Source: Vermamoeba vermiformis (Eukaryota). From it: a stretch of DNA of 64,000 bases. The translations under genes and the position numbers were made by a program. The notes beneath the pieces were generated by a model that was not told where the DNA came from, did not search any database, and saw only the letters and a list, made by a program, of their open reading frames with translations. Of the stretch, positions 13,723 to 27,784 are shown one piece after another. Every line of letters begins with the position of its first letter. The first letter of the stretch is position 1. The stretch spans positions 248,001-312,000 of the forward strand of contig JBEWZL010000013.1 in assembly GCA_045837725.1 (NCBI GenBank), given 5' to 3'.

Positions 13723-16700
13723 TCAGTAATCTCGCATGTTGTCGCAAGTCGTTTTCACTAGTGCATCAGTGGTGTTCTTGAACGGCAGCAATGCCGCGGT
13801 ATCCTCAACAAAGTCAATGACAATGCGATGGAATCCATCAGTGCTCGGCTCTAGGACCTCATAAGCACCTTTCTTAACAGGCACGGTGTATTCTTGCCAC
13901 TGTTGCTTGACCACTACGACGAGTTGACTGCCCTCCCCTCTCGTGGCGTGTATGTCCGTGTAGTAGACGAGCCAATTGAGCTGCAGGTGATGATCGGGGG
14001 TGATGCAGAACAGCGCGCGATCAGAGAAGATGTACAGCTGCTTGAAGGTACGCTTCTTCACCCACTGACCAGTCTTGTTGCGCTTCTTGAGGGCGTGCAG
14101 CAGCAGCCAGTGCTGGTGATAGAGGTGGTCCTTGTACGCACCGCGCTCAGTCGAGATGAGCACCAGCGACATCAAGTCGTAGCGGTACTGCTCTAGGGTG
14201 GGCTGGTGGCGCGGTCGATGCCACTGCTGGGTGGAGGGATTGCCTAATTTGGAAGGTCTGCAGCGCATGATGACACCGCCGTGCTGCAAGTCACGCATCA
14301 CCACCGCGACGGAATTGCGCAATTGTGTGGAGGACTTGTGCAAGAGATGCAACAGCACTGTAATGGGCTTGAATATGACGGACATCATGCCTGACGTGAG
14401 TTCATTCAGCACGTGACTGGTGCGCGACACTGGAGCACGTGATTGATTGGCGCGGTGCAGGTGTGCGGGCAGATCACGTGGTGTGTAGCTGGTGCGGGGA
14501 GTGCGCGAGGTCTGTGCAGCGCGTACATAGGCCTTGTCCATGGTGAGCGTGGCCGTGGCTTTGCTGAGACTGCCCGAGATGTTGGAGAGCGAGTGCAACA
14601 GTCCGAACAGCGACTTGGTGACCAGCGAGGAGGTGCCCTTGGCCATGGCCTTGACAAAGTCCTTGGGATTGGTCACGAGGGACTGTGCGGGCTCGTAGAA
14701 GAAGTCGTACACACCCGTGCCCACGTGACGGATCAGCGACAGCGGACTGCCCAGCACTTCGAGGGCACCGAACAGCTTGTAGGCCTGACGCAGCAGCAGT
14801 GCCTTGTAGTGCTGTGCGAGGTAGCTGACGAGTTCGTTGCGCGTCAAGAACGGGTTCTGCAGTGCGAGGGCATTGAACACAATCGCTGCAGAGTCGATGT
14901 TGCCGAGCGAGACACCGGCAGCACGCAGCACGGTGGAGAACAGACTGGGCCTGCCATCGAGGGTCGGATCTCCACTCGCAAAGCTGAGGGTGAGCTTGAT
15001 GGGATTGATGAGCAACATCTCAAAGTAGATCTTCTTCTCGGCCACCACATCTTCAGTCACGTGATCGGTGTTGTTCACATTCACGTTGTTGAGCGAAGTG
15101 GCGGGTGTGGAGGGTGCGAGGGGATAGAGGGACTTGGCGAGGGGTGCCAGCACATCGCTCTCAAACACGCGCGAGAACGAGTTGATGAAGGTGAACAGCT
15201 CGTTCAACAGCGTCTCGTCCACAATCACCGCCACCTCTTGCAGCGCTACCGCACAGTAGTGGTAGTACTCGAGATCGGTGTACAGCAGCGACTTGACCAG
15301 ACTGATGTGCGCAAAGGGCTTGCGTGTGGAGGAGGAGTGCGCGGTGTCGGGTGCGGAGTGCAGCGACGAGACCACCACGGGACAGTCCGTGTTGAGCAGC
15401 TGATTGTCTACCTGTGCGCGGTCAGTGAGTGCGTGCTAGTGCTGCGTGCAACACGTACCTGGAAGTGATCGATCAACAGCTCCACGGCCTGTTGCAGTCG
15501 CGTGGCAGAGAGGGCGAGGTGAATGCGCTGACAGCTGAGGTACAGCAGCTCTTTGGGGCCCAGTGTCACCACGGACACACCCAAGCTGTGCATGTCGACT
15601 TCGAGTTCAAAGCTCTGGCTGTTCGGGGGACTTGGTGGCACCTGGCGCTCTTTGTTCAGCACCTTCAAGGCCCGAGTGTGTTGACCGTCAGACACACCGT
15701 GCACGTCATCGTCGGTCAAGCGCAGCACTCGCGTCGGACCTTCGAGTGTGACCACTGGCCGCAGCTTCAGTGTCGTGCGTTGTGTGCGCGCACGTGACAC
15801 TGATCTCGACAGCGATCTCGTGGGGGTCAGCACACCACTGAACAGCGGAGATTTCCGCGACTTGGACGAGTCACGTGACTGGTTGCTGACGTCAGTGGTG
15901 AGTGCAGTGCTGGCCAGGGTGAGCAGCGAACACTCGTGCGTGGCAATCTGATCGAGCTCAATCTCGCGCGTGAACGAGTAGCGCGGCAGTTCAATCACCA
16001 GCACGTGGGGCATGGCGGGCTGTTCCCAAGCATAGGGCTGTGACTCGTACGGCGTGAGCTGTTGCGCCATGTGCTTGTGGCCCTTCTGATACACGAGCAC
16101 GGTCTCGGGACTGTGGTTGTCGATGCGGTACGGGGGATGCTGCACGGACTCGGCGCGCAGCGTGATGAAATTGGTGCCATGTGCCACCGTCACCTCCACG
16201 CGCATCAACTTCTTGATCTGGTGCGTGCTGTCGCGAATGTTCACGGAGAGTTCTCCGAGCTTGTCCACGGCAAAGTAGCCCGACCAGAGCCACTCGTCAG
16301 GGCGCGGTGTGACGCTCAATTTGCAGCTCGAGCCCTGGGCGGTGGCGAGGGGATGGAAGGGCAGCTGTTCGTAGGGGGCGAGCGAGTACACGTGCTCGGT
16401 GTGCTCTTGACGGTAGTAGAGCACGTGACCAGTGTGATTGACCAGCACGTAGCGCGGTGCAAATGTGACGACTTTGGTGCGGAAATACTTGGAGGGCGTT
16501 GCGAGCTGAATGCTGGTGACCAGGGTGTAGCTGTGCGTGGCTTGTGGCACCTGTATCGCACCTGACCACCCCACGGTATCTATATTTAGCTCTTGCGACC
16601 ACTGCGAGTCCGACACTTGGACATTGAGTCTATTTTTAGACTGCATCGGATCCAGTCCCGAATAGAGCACGAGCTGATTGAGTGCAGATCGATCGACAGT

Positions 16701-19700
16701 GCGGTACCACAGCTTGGGATCGAGGTGCGGGTCAGTGTTCGGGGCATCGATCGCGCGCAGACCTGCAGTCACGTGCTCCACACTCGCGGCACGGTACTGA
16801 ATGGGCAGACCCGTGCGATTGACGAGCCAGTACTTGCTGTACACGGACACGGTGCGCGTGCCTGACACTGCGTAGTCGAGCGCGAGGTGCAGAGTGCGCT
16901 GCTGATCGTCGCGCAGGGCCAGCGACTGGTCGGGGGTGCGCGTGTTGTTGATGGTCGCCCACGTGCTCCATGCATAGCCCTCAATCTTGACGCTGAGCTG
17001 CAGTTGACGCATGGTGGCACTGGTGCAGAATATCGGCACCAACTCCCCGCGATTCACGCACTGCTCCACGAGCTCAATGTGGCTGCGTGCGTCGCGGAGT
17101 TTGAACCACATCAGCGCGGGCAACAGATTCTCGACAATCACGTGGGGCTGTACCACGATGGCAATGTTGTTTTCACTGAACGCGGTCAGTTGCAGCACGC
17201 ACTGTGGCGCAGAGATGTACACGGAGACAGGCACGTGATCGACTTCATCGGGCTCGATCAGCGCACTTCTGTCGCGCAGTGCTGGATCGGTGAGTGGTGT
17301 CAGGGCCAGCACCGCACTCTCCTCGCTGAGTGTGTCGCGCATCACTCGCTGTCTGCGCGCCTCTTGGATCACACTCAGCAGCTCCCACACACTCAGACTG
17401 CCCTCGTCGTCCACTTCTGCCTCGAGATCTACATCCAGATAGCGCTCGCTGCTGTCCTCCTCGTGCTCGCTGTCACTCACCGTGCTGTCCTCGCTCACCG
17501 ACACTGGACCGCGCTCACGACGACGACCGCGCTGCTCGAGATCAGCGGCGTTGTTGACGAGATTGTGCTGCAGTGTGACGGTGATGCGCGTGTCATCTTG
17601 CAGCAGCAGATCGAGGGGCACGGGCCAATCAGCGAGGGGTGCCAGTGTGCGCGAGACAGTGCCGTGCTTGGCACTCGTCAAGTACACCGCTGCTGGGGTG
17701 TAGCCGACTGCTGTGGACGAGGGCAGACCATTGGCAATGCGTATACCTGTGCGCAGTCGTTTGACACGTGTCATGCGCGTGGTGTCACGTGTCACAGATT
17801 CGGCGGAGCTGTTCTCGCTGTCCACCGTGAGCATGCCCCCGCGTCTGCTGAGCGAGTAGTGCAGATCAGCGGCGTAGTCGTGCCAGTCCTCCCACAACAA
17901 CTTGACGCGATGCGTGTTCTTGGGGTGTGGCGATAGTGTCAGGGCCAGGGCGGAGTGCAGCGCCGAGTAGCGATTGGTGAGCACAGGCACGGCGTGATAG
18001 GGCTTGAAGGGCGTGACTTGCAGTGCGAGGGTGAGCTGTGTGTCGTGCGAGCCAGTCTGCGCCAGTGTCACCTCGCTTTGATCTTTGAGCTCGTGCACCA
18101 CGGTGCTGTGGCCCCATTTGATCGCACGACCCACCGCATTGCGCAGTGCGAGTGCTGGGGCACGACCACGTGATCGTGGGGTGCGTGTGGTGTGCTGGAA
18201 TTGGCGCGAAAACAGCGAGGCGAGCACTTCAGCAGCACGCGAGGCTACTTGCACGAGTGGCTGCGAGACTGCGAGGGCGACAGGATCGGCGATGCGACAC
18301 TGCGCGGTGGTGCGCTGTGCGTGCTGCGTGAGTGCGAGTGCTGCGGTGAGGGGGTGCAACAACGACTCCCACTGCATGCTCTGCGGATTGAAGAAGTTGC
18401 ATTGCACTCCCACGCGTGCTGTCACTTTCATGTCACCGTGCTGTCAGAGTGCTGGTCAGTACAGTCACGTGACACCACATTCACTGAAACAAGTACTTAC
18501 CAGGGTGAGGTGCAGGGTGACGGGATTGAGACTGCACTCGATGAGGGGCAGCGAGAATGTCTGGCCAATCAAGCTGTCGTCAATCACTGTCAGCTGCACA
18601 TTGGACAGCACCACGGTCAACTCCACGCCACCGCTGTTGGGGGCCGTGCTCTTTGCATCACGTGGTGCGGGGGGTGTGGCACGTGACTGCGCATGCGTGA
18701 GCTGTGCGATGAACGGTGCTGTCGTGAATGCTGTCGCGAGCTGATTGAACAGCACCAAGTCCTGTCAAACGGCCGTCAGTACTGCGTGTGACACGTGTCA
18801 AACAGCGTACCATGAATGAAATGCGCAACAAGAGGGGCTGTGCTGTCACTTCAGCACGTGACTCGTGAGCTGTGAGCTGTGCTGTCGCTACTAGCTCGAA
18901 GGGGTCGAGCAGTTGTGAGCGTTGAACATCGAAATTTCCTTCCTGCGTTGCAAGTGGTGAGTGACAGGTGTCATTCTGCCGACTGATCAGCATTACCTTA
19001 TTTAGCAAGTCTAACAGCGCGAGATCGGTGTGTTGCAGCAGCGCATGCACGTGGGTGCCAGTGGCATTGAGCTGCACGGATGCCACCAGATCTGTTTTTA
19101 GCGACAGCACTTTGACACTGCTGCTATTATTAGCTTCGCTGTTCTCGGGCACTGTCAACTCCAATTCTTTCACGACCACTTCAATCTCGCGCGTGCTGAT
19201 AACACGTGACACTGACGTGGGATTGACACGTGTCACTGGCTCGCTAGGAGTGCTTGGAGTGCCAGGTGTCAATACAGATGTCAAGTTGAGTACAGGTGTC
19301 ACAGAGTTCTGCACAGTGGTTAGTTCACTGAACGTACTCGTGTCAAACAGAGACTTACAACGAGGCGTGTCAACGTGTCAATCAAACATACTGCGCGCAG
19401 AGGCATCACTTTGACACGCACCTCCAATCGATCGAGCAGGGCACTCTGTGATTGGTGCAAGTCAAGCTGTATCAGAGGCTCGCGACTGGTCACGTGATCG
19501 GCCCGTCTGCCCAACACGGTCACGTGACTGGCTGGGCCCAACAGCACCAAATCCTCCACGTGCCGCTGATGCGCGGTGATCTGAATGGACTCGACAGCAG
19601 CGCGCACGCGTGTGTGAACTTCACTTTGATGTGGATCTTGATCCATAGTGACACGTGCTGTCACTTGTTGGACAGCACACGTGGTGACGCACTGATTGGC

Positions 19701-22700
19701 ACCGTCAAGCTTGACAGCTAATTCTTCGAGGTGCACAAAGAGTGCCACGTGTGATTCAGTGACAGGTGCACGTGATGCTGACGTGTCAGGAGTGACAGCT
19801 TCAATGTGAGTGCTGGATCATATTTGCATTGGCAGATTGAGGCGTGTGTGAAGTTGGAGCGCGTGACTGATGTCTGTTCCATTCACTGAACAACGTTGCG
19901 AATACATCGCATATTTGCTGATTTACTGCAAATATTACTGGAGACACTGTACAACGCACCTGCAAATGAAGGTTGTTAGTCCGGAGCTCCTTGACAACAC
20001 GTGACTTACTGTGAAGTGCGGCGTGGTGAGCACGTGACGCGAATAGACGCGCTCGACAGCAGCGACTACCGCGAGATTTGAGATCACGTGATGCGTGCCA
20101 GCATCGAGGGCGAGCAGTGGCTGATAGGTGAGTTGACAGCCAGTCCACGTGACGTTGATGGTGTCTAGCAGATCACGTGCCTGGCCCTCCCTCCAGCGCG
20201 AGGTGTTGAACAGCAGGAGATCTCCGCCAGTGAGCACGAGCTGACCAATCACATGACGCTGTTCGTTGCGCACCAACACCACGAGTTCGGGAGCCTCGAC
20301 GATGATCTGATACTTGGGCACTGCGCGGACTGGGTGAGCTATTTTTAGAACACGACGGTACTCGACTTACAGTGACGTGGCACTTGGTGTTTGACCGGGA
20401 CTGGCGGGGCTGGTGGCAGAGTGTCACTGACGACAGCGACATCACGTGACTGTTCCACCACGGGCACTGCAGCGGTGAGGTGCGCGCTGTAGCTGAGCAG
20501 TGCTGTCACGTACTCGAGATGTGCTGTCACACTCAACTGCTTGACATGAGCACGTGATTGGCAGTTAAGGGAAAAGGAAGATAAAAATAGAACGGTGTTA
20601 GATGTTTCTATTCTAAATAAGGATATGAATGAGCGGATTGGCGAGTTCGCGAGGATTGCGCAAGTGAATCAGATTGAAATCTACCCACGTGAGATCGTCA
20701 CGTGACTTGGTCAGCACCACACGTGGTTCACTGGCCGTGCAGTCCATCACGCGGAGATTTCCGATGTAACCCTGGCATCAACGATCAGCCTCAATGCCCC
20801 TAATAAGGCAATATCTTACCTTGACGCGCTGATACTCCGCTTTGAGATCGATCTGAGCGGTGACATCGTGCAGTGTGACAGTAGTGACAGCAGTACGCGT
20901 GTCATCGAGTGCTTGAATCACCACACTGGACACGTGCATCAACACCTGTGAGTCACGTGATTAGTAGTGTGACACGTGACACCTGTCATTGCACGTACCT
21001 TGGAACTCAATTCTTCTGACTGCGCGGAACTGGCACGTGATTTCTTTGCTGGCACTGCTGGCACATCACGCGGGACAGTGCTGGCAGGGGGAGTGAATGC
21101 AGCGACTAAATTTAGCGCATTGGTGACACTGGGTGGCACAATGCACAGCGTGAGAGTGCCGAGCGTGAGCTTGACAATGTGTGCCACGCCGTTGTAGCGC
21201 GGTGAACTGCTGTCAATCACGCGCACGTGTGCTGTCAACCACTCGGGGTGTCCGTGCGTGTGCAGCCAGTCACCGTGCTGGCCGTCACTCACGCGCACCT
21301 CGCGCAGCAGCAGATTGGCCGTCAACTCCCCCTCACGTGCCAGCACTCCGAGCATCACGGGCCCGAGATACACTCGGAGATTGCGCGGAGATTTATCATC
21401 ACGGAGCTGTATCTCCACCCCCGCGAGATCGAGCGTGCACTCTGCTGTCTTAATCAGCTCGTACTCGCTGAGTGACAGGTGTCAGTGACATGTCAAACAG
21501 CGTACTGCACGGGACGTACCTCTTGTCAATGGCGCGCTCGTCACTGAGCTCCTCTTCGTCCTCGCTGGCACTCTGATCGGCATCCACGGCATCGTACAGC
21601 TGCAGAATCGTTTCGTCCGTTTGCAGCACCGTCTCGTCCAGTACATTGCCGTTCACTGAATCGATGCTCTCGTTCACTGAAGGAGCTGGCACCAAGTCCT
21701 GCATGAGCGGCAACAATTGGTGAATCAGCTCGGGTGTCACGCGCACACTCAGCAGCGACACTGAACTGCGGGCCCTGGTTGATTGGTGGTGGTCAGTATT
21801 TGACACGTGTCATACAGTGCACAGTACTTACTTGACACGTGCTTGTGCAGCACTGGCCAATGTGCCCAAGAAGATGTCAGCAGTCACGTTGAGGGGCTGC
21901 AGCACGGTGTGGATGTGCGGTGATTGACGCGCATTGACAGCTGTCACGGCGGTGACATGGATATCGTCCCAGACCACACTGAACTCATTCGCACTCGTCA
22001 CACTGCTCGTGTGTGCAGCGTCCTCGTTGTGTTGAGCGCGAATGTGGCCCAGTGCCACCGTCAATTCGCACCGCGCACCGTGCTCCGTGCCATGTGCCAC
22101 CACGATGCGCGGCAGGGCAACATCCACGTCACAACGCACGTGCAGTGTGCTCGACTGCTTCATTTGTCGCTCCACGTGACGGCGAGTGCGTCTGCCGATG
22201 CGCTTGAGTTGATACTTTGCAGCAATTTCAATGTGTTGTATGGAGGGCGTGTGATGACGTGTCAACATGCCAGTGAGGGCGTGCAAAATATCTTTGTCCA
22301 CGCGCACTTCGAGCGGTGTCAACAGCAGTGTCAGATCGTAGTCGTTGCGATTGGACTCCACGTGACAGGACAGCAGTGGTGCACTGTCCAGCATGCGGAT
22401 CAGTGGTGTCACGTGATCGGGATGCAGCAGTGACGTGGCCTCCACGGTCTCGAGCTCTGCGTGCAGTTGCACACCACGTGCGCGGTGATTCATGCGCACT
22501 ACAAACTCGCGCAATGCTACGGTACACACGGGTCCAGTCACGTGACTGAGTGTCAGGCTGAGCAGTGGCATGCTCAATTCGACACGTGCATCGATCCAAT
22601 CCGCGGGCAGCTGATCACGTGACACTGGTGCGGTGTTGGGCTGATATTCAATCGTCTCCAAGAATTCTTTGCGCATCTCTTCGGTGATCTCCACGCGAGA

Positions 22701-24454
22701 TTCACTGTCCGCATCGTCCTCAGTGCTGTCAGTGGCGCGGCGCTTGAACCAGCTCTTGGCCCACGACGTCACACTCGCCACGTACCCACTGCGCGGCACC
22801 ACTGCGCGCCCTTCACGCTTCAGCTCCAACTCGGCCCACGCACGAAATCTGCACGAGTGTTAGTACGGGGAGTAGAGATAGATGTATATATATGACGCAG
22901 CATCACTCACAGCAGTATGTCGTCGTAGCTGAGCACGAGTTCGAGATGATCGAGACGTGCGCGGCCATTGAGCGAGAGTGTCTTGTGCAAGTAGCGCTTG
23001 TACAGCTTGAGGTACTCGAGTCGCATGCGGCGCCGTTCAGTGAAATACTCGCCACTCCAGCGGTACTTGCGCGCACGCACTTGACTCAGCAGCAGCGTGG
23101 CCAGGTAGTGCCACCACGCGCGGGGATTGGTGTGCGGGGTCATGCGCGGTCTCAAGCGTGCGTGCTGCAAGGGCGTTAGTGCTCCGATCACGTGATGTGC
23201 ACTGCAGTACTCACTTTGACACGTGTCGCGTGATTGGACAGTGCTGTCAACAGACACATCGCATCGCTGTACTGCGCCTCACTCACGGAGAGATTGATCG
23301 GCTCCAAGCGAATGCGCGCGTCTATTTTTGGAACGTCTTGCGCACTCGTCACGTGATCGCTGGGATTGACCTGCAACTGCACGTGACAAGTGACAGGTGC
23401 CAGCATGTACTGCACCGGACGTGCGCTGGTCGCGTGATTTCCTCGTGCAATCTGCGCTAGTTAGTGTCGAGAACACTTCCAAATTAGGCAAGCTTACAAA
23501 CTGATCCATCACGTGTATCAACTCGCTGACAGAGGTGTATTGCACGGGTGGATCTGCCGTCCAGTACAGCGCGAGATTGCGTACGGTGAGCACTTTGTGA
23601 ATGAGGCGCTGATAGACCGCACTCATTGCCGTGGCGGGGGTCGTGTGCAGACTCAACTCCTCCAACGTCACACCCACCGAGAAACCTCGCTGAAATTTCG
23701 TGAGTGAAAGGAAAACTCCTTTTTTGGAGCAGTGCTCGCTTACCCTGGGATTGGTGACGTGATCCTCGTAGCGCAGATGCACATTGCGCACAGTGATCTG
23801 CACCTTGTCCACCACTTTGGTCAGCAGACGCAGCACAATGCCGTCAGCACTGCCCTGCTTGTCACTCGACTTGGGCTGCAGCTTGGCGGCTTTGAGCATC
23901 TCAGCCCTCATCAACCGCGCTTGTTTGTTCAACAACTCGCGCTTCTGCTCCTCTTCAGCAGTCTCCTGCGCGTGCAGTCAGTACGGAGCAGATCTGCGCG
24001 GGCACTTACACTTTCAGCCACTGCTGCTGGTCTAGCGAGCAGATAAATGCCATCGAGTGTGATTTCAATATTGCCGCCCTTGAGGTTGTGCCAGGGAATA
24101 GAGAGTGACAACGATCGTACCGCTCCTGCAAGTCAAAATTAGATCTGCGACCTCTACGCTTGATTGAGGCACGTACCGTCTTTAATGGATATGGGCAGTG
24201 AAAAACTGTTTAGTACATCTACTTTTAATTTGATATTGTGATATTCGATTTGACCTGACAAATAATGATGAATTAATTTACAATATCCCTAAGCTAATTA
24301 GCGTACCTTTCCAGATCCCAATTTTCAGTTGTTTGGGATCAAAACCGTCTATGTATTGTCCCAAATATCGAGACAAAAAATCAGCAACGATGCCTGCAGC
24401 CAATTCAACAAGTTAATGTTGGATCTGATCGCGAACTGCCTTACCTTCAAACAT
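13723..24454 (-). CDS. VPS13: VPS13-family bridge-like lipid transfer protein (multi-exon)
   Basis: Spliced N-terminus MFEGIVADFLSRYLGQYIDGFDPKQLKIGIWKG (Chorein_N), VQITVRNVHLRYED, VAB repeats (YWLVNRTGLPI, TKVVTFAPRYVLVN, PPYRIDNHS, YAWEQP), C-terminal GSPLSLIRHVGTGVYDFFYEP. Confidence 0.95.
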
Positions 24455-24727
24455 TCTTTAAATATTTATATATTATGCTATATGTCTCATCTTCTTCGTG
24501 TAGTTCGTGTTGACGTGAATGATGTCAGCTCCGCTCTCTCTGAACTCAATAGCACGTGACTCGGAATTTCACATCACGTGACGTGTTGATTTGTTCTGTC
24601 TGTGGATCGGATTCGCGGTATTGTCGCCTTGCACTGACGAAGACTAACACTAGAGCTACATACCATAGCGCTTCGTCTGGTGCCTGTTGTGGAGTCCAAA
24701 AATGCACTGCGCGTACTGACCACAACA

Positions 24728-26287
24728 ATGACATCCGTTCGCGCACGAGAGCAGCGCTTACTGCACCAGCTAATGACACGCGAGATACACGGGAGATTGC
24801 GCAGTACGACAGGTGTCAATCCGCGTGCAGCGTGGCAGCTGTTCTGGACCAAACTCCCCACCCGCTTCGTCTACTCGCTGCCGAGTCTGCTGCAGAGTGC
24901 TGCTGCGCGCGAATTACAGCGCTCGTGTTTGTTAGGATTTTCTAAGGACCTGTATCACCTGCGTAAGTAGTGTTGGCTGGATGTGCCGTAATCTGATTGA
25001 TTTGTAGTCGCGTACCATTCAAAACGAACTTGCAAGCGATACTACTTTGAGTTGTGGCAGTGGTCAACCTCTCCATGGCACTCGCTTCGCAAAGAACTCG
25101 AGATCCCGATTGGTCCACCAGATCTCGAATCAGAAGCTGACGAATGGCTATTTGATGCTCATCAAGAACACCCCTACATGCAAATGTTCGAATCTGACAA
25201 CAGCAAGCTGTTTGCGATCTCAACAGAGCCCCTTCGCTTAACCGCTGAAGACACATCCGCGACTCGGCACTTGACGCTGTTTCCGAACCCTGTTTGTTAC
25301 ACGCCCATGGAGGCCCTGCACATCAGTTACGACTGCTTGAGTGGTAGGGCAATTGCTAGTTCATTAACAGACTAATGACGTACAGAGGTGACTTTCAAGC
25401 CACATCTGCAACTCATCAGTGCCCCTGCGAATCAATTTCATCTCGTGCTTAATAACGGAACGGCGCTCTATCACGTGATTGCAGAACTATGCACGCTCGA
25501 TCAAGCGCAATCACCCAGCACCACCGCCAATCCCTTTGCGTTCACATCCAGCGACGCACTCACCACCGCCCTCACACTGCTGCACGACACACGCGACTGC
25601 TGGCACGCACTGGCCGAGGACGAGATCAAGCTCACCTACGAACCTCTGCACCTCACGCCCACTCCGCACCGAGCTGCAGCACGGCTTGTCATTCGCAGCA
25701 CACTCAAGTTCGATGCGGAACAATACTTGAGCGCACTGGTCAAGCGCATGGTACGTCATAGCCATTGTTGAAGCACCGCCCCTCTGACTCTGCTTTGTAG
25801 AATGTGTTGAAAACTGAGAGTACCGAGGACTGGCACCTTGCCACCGCGTTAGTGACCGTTGAAGCTGCATTTGTCGCGCTGAGTGTCAAGTACGATTGAA
25901 CCCCTCCAAATGCCCCATTGAATAGTAACTGATGCGTGCTACAGAACTGACAAGCACGTGCACAACTTCTTGATTCGCCTGTCCTTCACGAGCAAGTCCA
26001 CTGCACTGTGGCACCTGTCATCTGTCCACATTCCCGCGCAACGACTGTCACGCTATGTACACCAGTCACTGCTGCCACTCATTCACAACAAGGCACACGG
26101 AGAGTTCTTGCCTGCTTACGCTGTGCTACCTCGGTATGCTTCTTGGTCCTATCCGTTGGGTATGTGTTCAGTTCTCCTCAGAATGCAGCTAATGCCTCAC
26201 TTAGTGCTGTCAAACCTCCCTGTGCTCCAGGGTAAGTCTCTGGCGTACTTGCCACATTGCTACTTTCCTTTAGCCATTGCAAAGTGA
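24728..26287 (+). CDS. DCAF15: DCAF15-like CRL4 substrate receptor (spliced)
   Basis: LLHQLMTREIHGRL...LFWTKLPTRFVYSL...LLGFSKDLYHLLAY...YYFELWQW, LHISYD...TFKPHLQL...LVLNNG, KFDAEQYL and C-terminal GKSLAYL resemble, from memory, the conserved blocks of DCAF15. Confidence 0.7.
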
Positions 26288-26856
26288 TGTACATAAAACC
26301 ATTTCGTAAATTACGTTTAAATTAATCATTGAAGCAATCATGTACCATTGGTGGATTCAGCTTGTGAGTGTCCCACGTTGCTGGGAGTTGCAAGGTTCTA
26401 ACCCACATATTTCAACCAGTTACTGGCTTGCCACAGTAGCCAGGACATTTACTACCCTGGTGTACATAGAGACAGCTGATTCCAACTCAACAGAGGGTTC
26501 AGGCTGCTGGTAGGTGGACGTCCCGTCCGCCAAAAATTTTTCGTCTGTCCGGGGTCGCTGCGTGAACTGTAAATTCAAAAATTGCAGTCACTCAATATTT
26601 TTGATGATTACTTGTATCATTTGTTATATAGCGATAGTGCTAGGATTTTCGTTTAAAAGGTATTGCAGCAAATAGAACAAAGTTTTAGTCTTAAGTTCTT
26701 TGCAGAACATTGCTATTTTCAGCCTCTGGCGTTTAGCCCAAAGGCGTCCTGATTCCAATGGTAGGCTTCTTGGGCCACTGATGCAATGGCAGAGTTTGGT
26801 ATAAGGTCAATTACTAAGGAGGTCGACCTGTCCTATTAAGACATGGTGTCCGTCCG

Positions 26857-26906
26857 GGACAAGGCATCCATCCGTGGACAGGCATCCGGGTCCGGACAAG
26901 GCATCC
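26857..26906 (+). repeat. Three copies of GGACA(A)GGCATCC
   Basis: Copies at 26857, 26876 and 26894. Confidence 0.85.
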
Positions 26907-27320
26907 GCTGAAGTTAGTAATTAATGAAATTTAATTCTGTTTGCTGCAGTAGGTAGGTCATACACAGAATACTACTAGGTACGGGCTTTGCATCCGTATC
27001 AGCTTCTGGCCACTGGAGATTGAGAAAGAATTGTAATCGCCATGCATTGGAAAGTTTGGATATATCATCTTAGGAACATAAGGGTAGCATCTGTATCAAG
27101 CAAATAACTTATATTTGCAACCAGGATATGTTTGCTGCACACAGAACAGTTAAACATCATACCCAAAAATTGTGCCCATTTAAGCAATCCTCTAGTAAAT
27201 ATGTAGTTCTGCATAGAACTATACCAGAATAGGAATATTGTGAATGCGAAATATCTCATAACAAAGTGCAAATGTAGACTCTTCCTATTGAACTCTTACA
27301 TTTCTATTATTTTGTAAATG

Positions 27321-27376
27321 TTTTCTTTTTTTTTTTTATTTTTTTTTTTTTTTTTGGGTTTTTTTTTTTTTTTTTT

Positions 27377-27412
<36 letters not shown>

Positions 27413-27430
27413 GCCCCCCCTTTTTTTATT
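27321..27430. repeat. Interrupted poly-T tract (~110 nt)
   Basis: Directly visible low-complexity run. Confidence 0.95.
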
Positions 27431-27784
27431 AGATGTTAGTAACTGGCACCCTATAAAGCATCAGCTTCAACATTCAACCACACTCTGCTCTCAAGATTGC
27501 TGTTTGGGCAAGTTGAAGTTGGCAAGCAATTTCTCTAATAGCATGGCCACAGCACAGAATGAAATGATCTGGCTGGTATTTGTTAATTCCATTGTGGACA
27601 CAACAGTGTTTGGGGATTTCTAATCGTTCAGCACTTAGTGCTGATGCCCTGGAAACTAAATAATCCATTTGTATCAATGCCTCTTGGTAGTGTGTGGAGG
27701 CAGCTCGATCTACAACAGTAGTTATTTGAAATGTCAAGATGCTGAATGGATTCAGTTATCATCATTGCCTTAATTTTATTTACA

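Larger units (their letters stand above)
26352..27755. mobile_element. Putative non-autonomous or degenerate insertion between DCAF15 and the ligase gene
   Basis: 1.4 kb with no convincing ORF in an otherwise gene-dense window; TGGATTCAG direct repeat at 26352-26360 and 27747-27755; internal GGACAAGGCATCC-like repeats; long T tract. Confidence 0.35.

Noticed and set aside
24455-24481. Apparent 27 bp spacing between VPS13 and DCAF15 start codons
   Set aside because: It would need a speculative GC-donor intron; the ATG at 24728 has better context and sits where DCAF15 similarity begins
27318-27623. Poly-Phe ORF
   Set aside because: Translation of a T homopolymer; the tract looks partly like low-quality sequence
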